Of a stretch of DNA of 64,000 nucleotides, positions 59,356 through 64,000 are shown one piece after another. The stretch lies in contig JBJSWS010000206.1 of assembly GCA_046085985.1 (NCBI GenBank), forward strand, positions 7,389 through 71,388, read 5' to 3'. The position numbers and the translations under genes were made by a program. Below the pieces are notes generated by a model. The model ran no database searches and was not told the DNA's origin. It saw only the letters and a program-made list of their open reading frames with translations. Origin of the DNA: Actinomycetales bacterium (GTDB lineage: Bacteria; Actinomycetota; Actinomycetes; Nanopelagicales; Nanopelagicaceae). Position 1 is the first letter of the stretch, and every line of letters starts with the position of its first letter.

Positions 59356-59694
59356 TTATTCGCTTCGGCGATCCCAACGCTCTTCAAAAACCGTACTCCA
59401 CTTTGAAGACTTTCCTACCTTCGGCGAACGAAGCGCTAGCCCCCCAAGGTTGGAAATTGCCAAGACAGAACCGCTAAGGGAGATTGCAAAGCCGAAGACG
59501 CCAAGTATTGGGGTCTTGCTAATCATTGCGGCCAAGAGGACAGCTAACCCTGCGACGATTAGTAGGAAGCCAATGACAACTCGTGAGCGACTCGGGGTCT
59601 TCCCGCTAAAGGTTGAGAGCAGGCGTGGATCATCAGCGGCAAGAGCTTCTTCCATCTCCGCCAAGAGTTTCTTCTCATGATCCGAAAGTGGCAT
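59356..59694 (-). CDS. DUF3040-family membrane protein
   Basis: 112 aa with N-terminal MPLSDHEKKLLAEMEEALAADDPRL followed by two transmembrane helices. Conserved neighbour of the actinobacterial dcw cluster. Confidence 0.7.
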   Translation of the reverse strand: MPLSDHEKKLLAEMEEALAADDPRLLSTFSGKTPSRSRVVIGFLLIVAGLAVLLAAMISKTPILGVFGFAISLSGSVLAISNLGGLALRSPKVGKSSKWSTVFEERWDRRSE

Positions 59695-59762
59695 ACCTCG
59701 GACAATAGTAGAAAGGTTCTCGCTGCGAAAGTCGAACTTGGCTAGAAGTTATTTAGAAAGCA

Positions 59763-60962
59763 CTAGGAGTTTGGCTCAGCAGAATCTGACTCCTCCGATA
59801 GGTCAATGAGACGGGCGGGCTGCACTGATCCGCGACCAAATTTCGCGGCGGTTTTATCAATCGCCTGCTGAGCCTCCCGCCACCCTTTCTCACGGCTACC
59901 AAGTTCAAGCTGCCAGACAGCGCCGGTTTCGTCAAAGAGCTGTTCTAGCGAGACCCCAAGTAAACGAATTCTGGCTCCTCCTAGATTTAATGAGTTAAAG
60001 AGATCTCGAGCCACCTCAAAAACCTCATGCATGCCATTAACTGGCAGATTTAAAGTTCGTGATTTACTAATATTTGTAAAATCCGAAAAGCGAACTTTTA
60101 ATGAGATGGTCTTTGCTCTTAATTCGCGTTTTCTTAAGCGGTGGGTAACTCGTTCGGCTAACCGCAATAGTTCGCGCTGAATTTCTTCGATATCCTCTAA
60201 ATCATATTGAAAAGTTTCAGCTGCGCTAATGCTCTTCTCTGGTGAATCTGTAATTACTTCACGAAAATCCCTGCCCCAAGAAAGTTCGTAAAGTGATTCG
60301 CCAACCGCTTCACCAAGTGCTCTCTTAAGAGTTTCCGGTGGAGTGTTTGCAATATCTGCAACTGTTCTTAGCCCCAATTTTTGAAGTACTTCACCGGTTT
60401 TTGGACCAACTCCCCATAGCTCGGTTACCGGCAGTGGATGAAGAAATGTTAAAACACGATCTTTTTTAATCTCTAGCATCCCATCAGGCTTACAGCGCCC
60501 TGAGGCTAACTTCGCTATGAATTTAGAGGATGCGATACCAACAGAACAAGTAATTTTTTCTTGAGCCTTTACCTTTTCACGAATTTGAAGAGCAATATCT
60601 CGGCCACTTCCAAAGATTCTGCGAGAGCCAGAAACATCAAGAAATCCTTCGTCAAGTGAGAGTGGCTCTACATATGGAGTGAATTGAAAGAATATTTCCA
60701 TGACCCGCTGTGATACTTCAGAATATCGTTCGTGATCAGGAGGAATAAATAAAGCGTTTGGGGCCATCCGTTGCGCTTGCACCACTGGCATTGCAGCTCT
60801 GATCCCAAATTTACGCGCTTGATAATTTGCAGAAAGCACTACTCCCCTGGCGCCGGCTCCTACAACTAAAGCTTTTCCTTTATGTTCTGGATAATCTAAT
60901 TCCGAAACAGAAGCGAAGAATGCATCCATGTCGACATGAAGGATGGTTGAGTTTTCACGCAT
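59763..60962 (-). CDS. dinB: DNA polymerase IV (Y-family), catalytic residues intact
   Basis: Motifs ILHVDMDAFFASVS, SLDEGFLDV and GIASSKFIAKLAS. I prefer the ATG at 60962 (MRENSTILHVDMD), which is 4 nt after the dnaE2 TGA. The ORF track starts at an ATG at 61001 inside dnaE2. Confidence 0.9.
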   Translation of the reverse strand: MRENSTILHVDMDAFFASVSELDYPEHKGKALVVGAGARGVVLSANYQARKFGIRAAMPVVQAQRMAPNALFIPPDHERYSEVSQRVMEIFFQFTPYVEPLSLDEGFLDVSGSRRIFGSGRDIALQIREKVKAQEKITCSVGIASSKFIAKLASGRCKPDGMLEIKKDRVLTFLHPLPVTELWGVGPKTGEVLQKLGLRTVADIANTPPETLKRALGEAVGESLYELSWGRDFREVITDSPEKSISAAETFQYDLEDIEEIQRELLRLAERVTHRLRKRELRAKTISLKVRFSDFTNISKSRTLNLPVNGMHEVFEVARDLFNSLNLGGARIRLLGVSLEQLFDETGAVWQLELGSREKGWREAQQAIDKTAAKFGRGSVQPARLIDLSEESDSAEPNS

Positions 60963-60966
60963 TTCT

Positions 60967-63900
60967 TCACTCACAGGCTGCGAGGTTACGCCACTTTTCA
61001 TAAGCCTTAGCGAGATCCCAGGCTCCGATAGCTCGTAACGATATTCCGCGCGGGCCGGTTCGGCGTATTACTCCTTTAACCAGAAGTAACGAAGAGTTTC
61101 GCAACGTTGCAGCATAGAGATTCTGAGAATCTTCAAAGAATGTTGAATCACTGCAGCCGTGTCCGTCATCCAAAGTAAGAAACATGACGCGCTTACCGGA
61201 TCTGATTGGAGGCGTCTGTAGAGCAACTTTTACTCCGGCTACTAAGACTTCGCTATTTGATCTTTGCTTTATAAGCTCGCTTGAGCGAATTGCATTAATC
61301 GAATTTAAAAAATCAGCATAAAATTCGATCATATGATGTGAGATATCCATATTTAAAAATTCAATCTCATTTTTTACTAAATCATAACTATTTAATTCTG
61401 GTAGACCTGATTTTTGTAAAACTGGAGTCAGGTCAAATGTTAGCTGGGGGCCAGATACTGCAGATTTTGTCTTTGTCCATTTATATAAGTCAGTTAAGTG
61501 CAATAAAAGGTCTCGTCTATTTAGCCTGGATTCATATAGAGAATCAAAGGCGCCAACCATAAGTAAAGCTTCTGCAGTTGGCTTACTTACATTTGATCTA
61601 TAGACAAAATCTGCTAAGTCAATAAATGGTCGATTTTTTAGTATTGAATCGATTTCTGATTCAGAGATACCCAAAATATCTCTTAGTGAGATTCGAATTG
61701 CTCTGGTTTCAACTCGATAGCTTTGATCTGAGCGATTTATATCGATTGGCAAGATTGATATCCCAAGTCTTCTTACTTCGTCTAACAATAAGCGCTTGGG
61801 GTACATGCCTGGTTCGTGTGTAAGAATTCCCGCTAAAAAATGAGCCGGATAATGTGTTTTAAGCCAAGCTGATTGGTATGTAGGTAGAGCAAATGCAGCG
61901 GCATGTGCTTTGCAGAAACCAAATGATGCAAAGGCTCGTAACACATCCCAGACTTCTGTTATTACTTTAAGTGGATAACCAAGTTTGGTAGCTGCAGGAA
62001 AGAACCAATCGCAGATTAACTGCTGACCATCTCGATCACCTAGAGCTCTGCGCTTCTCATCAGCTTCGGCCAGAGTTATTCCAGTCATTGTGGAAATAAT
62101 TTCAATTACCTGCTCATGGAAGACAACAACTCCTTCTGTATCGCGCAAAATTCCAGCAAGATTTGGATGAATAACTGAGCGCTCTTTCCAACCCTGCCGA
62201 GCATTTAAAAAGGGAGTAATCATGTCGCTCTTCATGGGGCCAGGGCGGAAAAGTGAGATATCTATTATTAAGTCAGTAAAAGTTTCTGGGGCAAATTTTC
62301 CTACAAGTTCACGCTGTCCGGGACTTTCTATCTGGAAGAGACCTAAAGTCTTAGTAGATCTAATTAATTCAAAAGTTGAATTATCGTCTAATGGAATGGA
62401 ATCTAAATCAATTTTCTTTGATTCGGTTCGTTCGATTTCAGATATTGAATAAGATAATGCAGATTGCATGCGAACGCCCAAAATATCTAACTTTAGTAAA
62501 CCGATAGATTCAACATCATCTTTATCCCAAGGAATCATGGGATAACCGCTGGCATTTTTCTCAATCGGAGCTCGTTCGTACAAAGTAATATCAGATAGAA
62601 CAACTGCACAGGGATGCATTGCTAAATTTCTAGGTAATCCATCTAGGCGCTCGGCAAGCCCGATAGCCATCTTCCAGGTAGATGAATTTAGATTTAGATT
62701 TTTTAGTTCAGGTAATTCTCTTAGAGATTTACCGATATTTCTTGCTCTTATATGAGGAAGGGATTTAGCTACTAAATCAATTTCTAATGGCGGTATAGAT
62801 AAAGCAGCGCCGACATCACGAATTGCATGTCTAGCTCTGTAAGTGTCAAACATTGCTACGGTAGCGACACGCTCTTGATATGAATTAAAGACTTGATCAT
62901 AAATTTCTAGTCTTCTTGCTGATTCCACATCAATATCAATATCAGGAAGCGCATTGCGAAGAGGTGAACAGAATCTCTCCATTATTAAACCAAGTGATAA
63001 TGGTTCTACTCCAGAAATTCCTAATAAATGACAGACTAAAGATCCGGCGCCGCTACCGCGGGCCGCGATACGGATTCTTGAGTCACGGGCTCGTTTTGCG
63101 ATATCTGCAACAGTCAGAAAGTAGGATTCATAACCAAGTTCGTTGATGATTCTTAACTCTTTTTCAAGGCGATTGATCAAATCAGGCCGGTTTTTCTCTT
63201 GATATCTTGAGGAAATGCCGGCAAAGGATCGCCTTCGGAGTACTTCTTTTAGCTCTTCATGACTTTGCACTCCTGATAGTTCTGGTTCTGGCAAATGAAT
63301 AGAGCCGATTCCGATATCAGACTTTGGAGAAAGCTGGGCGCTCTCTCCCCATTCTCTTGTGGTTTTTAAGACTCTTCGACCATCGCGCTCTCCGGCTGCC
63401 CTAGAAATCAAGTCCGCCAGAGCAAACATCTCTTCGCTATTTTTCAAAAATGCTTCGGCATTACTCCGTTCTACTACATTTTTATGTAGCGGAAGTAGCT
63501 TTCGAGCGGCATCTAATACGTCAGCAACTGGAGCGTCACTTCGCCCTTTCATTCTTACTTCATTAGTCAATAAAGCCGGTAGATCATTATCTATAGCAAA
63601 TGCCAGCATTCTGGCTGCATGGCTTGTGGATCTTGTTCCAGATTCAGTTAAGTGAGATACACATTCAATTGCCTGATTTTTAAAGATATCTCGGGTTTTA
63701 TTAAATAAAGATAAAGCTTCATTATTGCGTTTAAAAATCAATGCTTTGCTTATATTTGAACTTGGTCCATATAAAGCTAATAAATTATTTGAGTACTTAC
63801 TATATTTTTTAAAAAATTCAAAAGAAATAGGTGTATTTAGATTTTTCATCTCAGTAACTAATCGAACTAACGAACTCCAGTTTCCTGGAGTTGCCAGTAA

Positions 63901-64000
63901 AGTAATTCGCGATTTATTTTCAGATTCGATATCTATACCTATAACTGGCTTTAATGAATTCAATTCACAGCTTCTAGCAAATCGAATTGCCCCAGCAAGA
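60967..64000 (-). CDS. dnaE2: error-prone DNA polymerase DnaE2-type (C-family), 5' end off-window
   Basis: The frame stays open to the window edge (...LAGAIRFARSCELNSLKPVIGIDI...), so the PHP N-terminus lies beyond 64000. It carries the palm motif LPDIDIDVES. Its length and architecture are distinct from the 1168-aa DnaE1 at 33171-36677. Confidence 0.85.
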   Translation of the reverse strand, partial: LAGAIRFARSCELNSLKPVIGIDIESENKSRITLLATPGNWSSLVRLVTEMKNLNTPISFEFFKKYSKYSNNLLALYGPSSNISKALIFKRNNEALSLFNKTRDIFKNQAIECVSHLTESGTRSTSHAARMLAFAIDNDLPALLTNEVRMKGRSDAPVADVLDAARKLLPLHKNVVERSNAEAFLKNSEEMFALADLISRAAGERDGRRVLKTTREWGESAQLSPKSDIGIGSIHLPEPELSGVQSHEELKEVLRRRSFAGISSRYQEKNRPDLINRLEKELRIINELGYESYFLTVADIAKRARDSRIRIAARGSGAGSLVCHLLGISGVEPLSLGLIMERFCSPLRNALPDIDIDVESARRLEIYDQVFNSYQERVATVAMFDTYRARHAIRDVGAALSIPPLEIDLVAKSLPHIRARNIGKSLRELPELKNLNLNSSTWKMAIGLAERLDGLPRNLAMHPCAVVLSDITLYERAPIEKNASGYPMIPWDKDDVESIGLLKLDILGVRMQSALSYSISEIERTESKKIDLDSIPLDDNSTFELIRSTKTLGLFQIESPGQRELVGKFAPETFTDLIIDISLFRPGPMKSDMITPFLNARQGWKERSVIHPNLAGILRDTEGVVVFHEQVIEIISTMTGITLAEADEKRRALGDRDGQQLICDWFFPAATKLGYPLKVITEVWDVLRAFASFGFCKAHAAAFALPTYQSAWLKTHYPAHFLAGILTHEPGMYPKRLLLDEVRRLGISILPIDINRSDQSYRVETRAIRISLRDILGISESEIDSILKNRPFIDLADFVYRSNVSKPTAEALLMVGAFDSLYESRLNRRDLLLHLTDLYKWTKTKSAVSGPQLTFDLTPVLQKSGLPELNSYDLVKNEIEFLNMDISHHMIEFYADFLNSINAIRSSELIKQRSNSEVLVAGVKVALQTPPIRSGKRVMFLTLDDGHGCSDSTFFEDSQNLYAATLRNSSLLLVKGVIRRTGPRGISLRAIGAWDLAKAYEKWRNLAACE

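Overview
This is a core-genome window from a low-GC, highly compacted actinobacterium. The phylum call is an inference from lineage markers (whiA, rbpA, sepF, a PdtaR-type ANTAR regulator, DUF3040, priA, a translational-type ileS T-box, an mraW-like RNA) and from gene order that mirrors Mycobacterium and Streptomyces loci. About 58 protein genes are present, almost all on the minus strand, many with 1-8 nt overlaps.

Gene order, left to right:
- ctaA (partial), tkt, tal, pgi on the plus strand
- rbpA, secG, tpiA, pgk, gap
- whiA, yvcK, rapZ
- uvrC, uvrA, uvrB (one contiguous block)
- coaE, rpsA, polA
- a hotdog thioesterase (plus strand), pdtaR, one tRNA, pyk
- a VIT-family transporter, lgt, a DsbA-like protein
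- trpA, trpB, trpC, trpE, priA
- dnaE1, rluD, lspA
- a Lys-rich DksA/TraR zinc-finger protein
- T-box plus ileS (plus strand)
- yggT, sepF, yggS, pgeF
- the complete dcw cluster (ftsZ through mraZ)
- DUF3040, dinB, dnaE2 (runs off the right edge)

I saw no mobile elements, CRISPR arrays, prophage genes or recognisable defence genes.

Observations most worth a second look:
1. rpsA is interrupted by a single in-frame TAG.
2. A tRNA with a Leu-type body and CAA anticodon has only a 5-nt variable loop.
3. That tRNA is wedged between pyk and pdtaR, with its 3' end 1 nt from the pdtaR ATG.
4. A translationally coupled dnaE2-dinB pair looks more AT-rich than its neighbours.
5. A DksA/TraR protein carries an AKKSP tandem-repeat tail.
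6. Regulatory RNA and DNA elements are present: the ileS T-box, an mraW-like structure and phased MraZ-box repeats.

All family assignments come from reading the translations and from remembered motifs. No searches or composition statistics were run.
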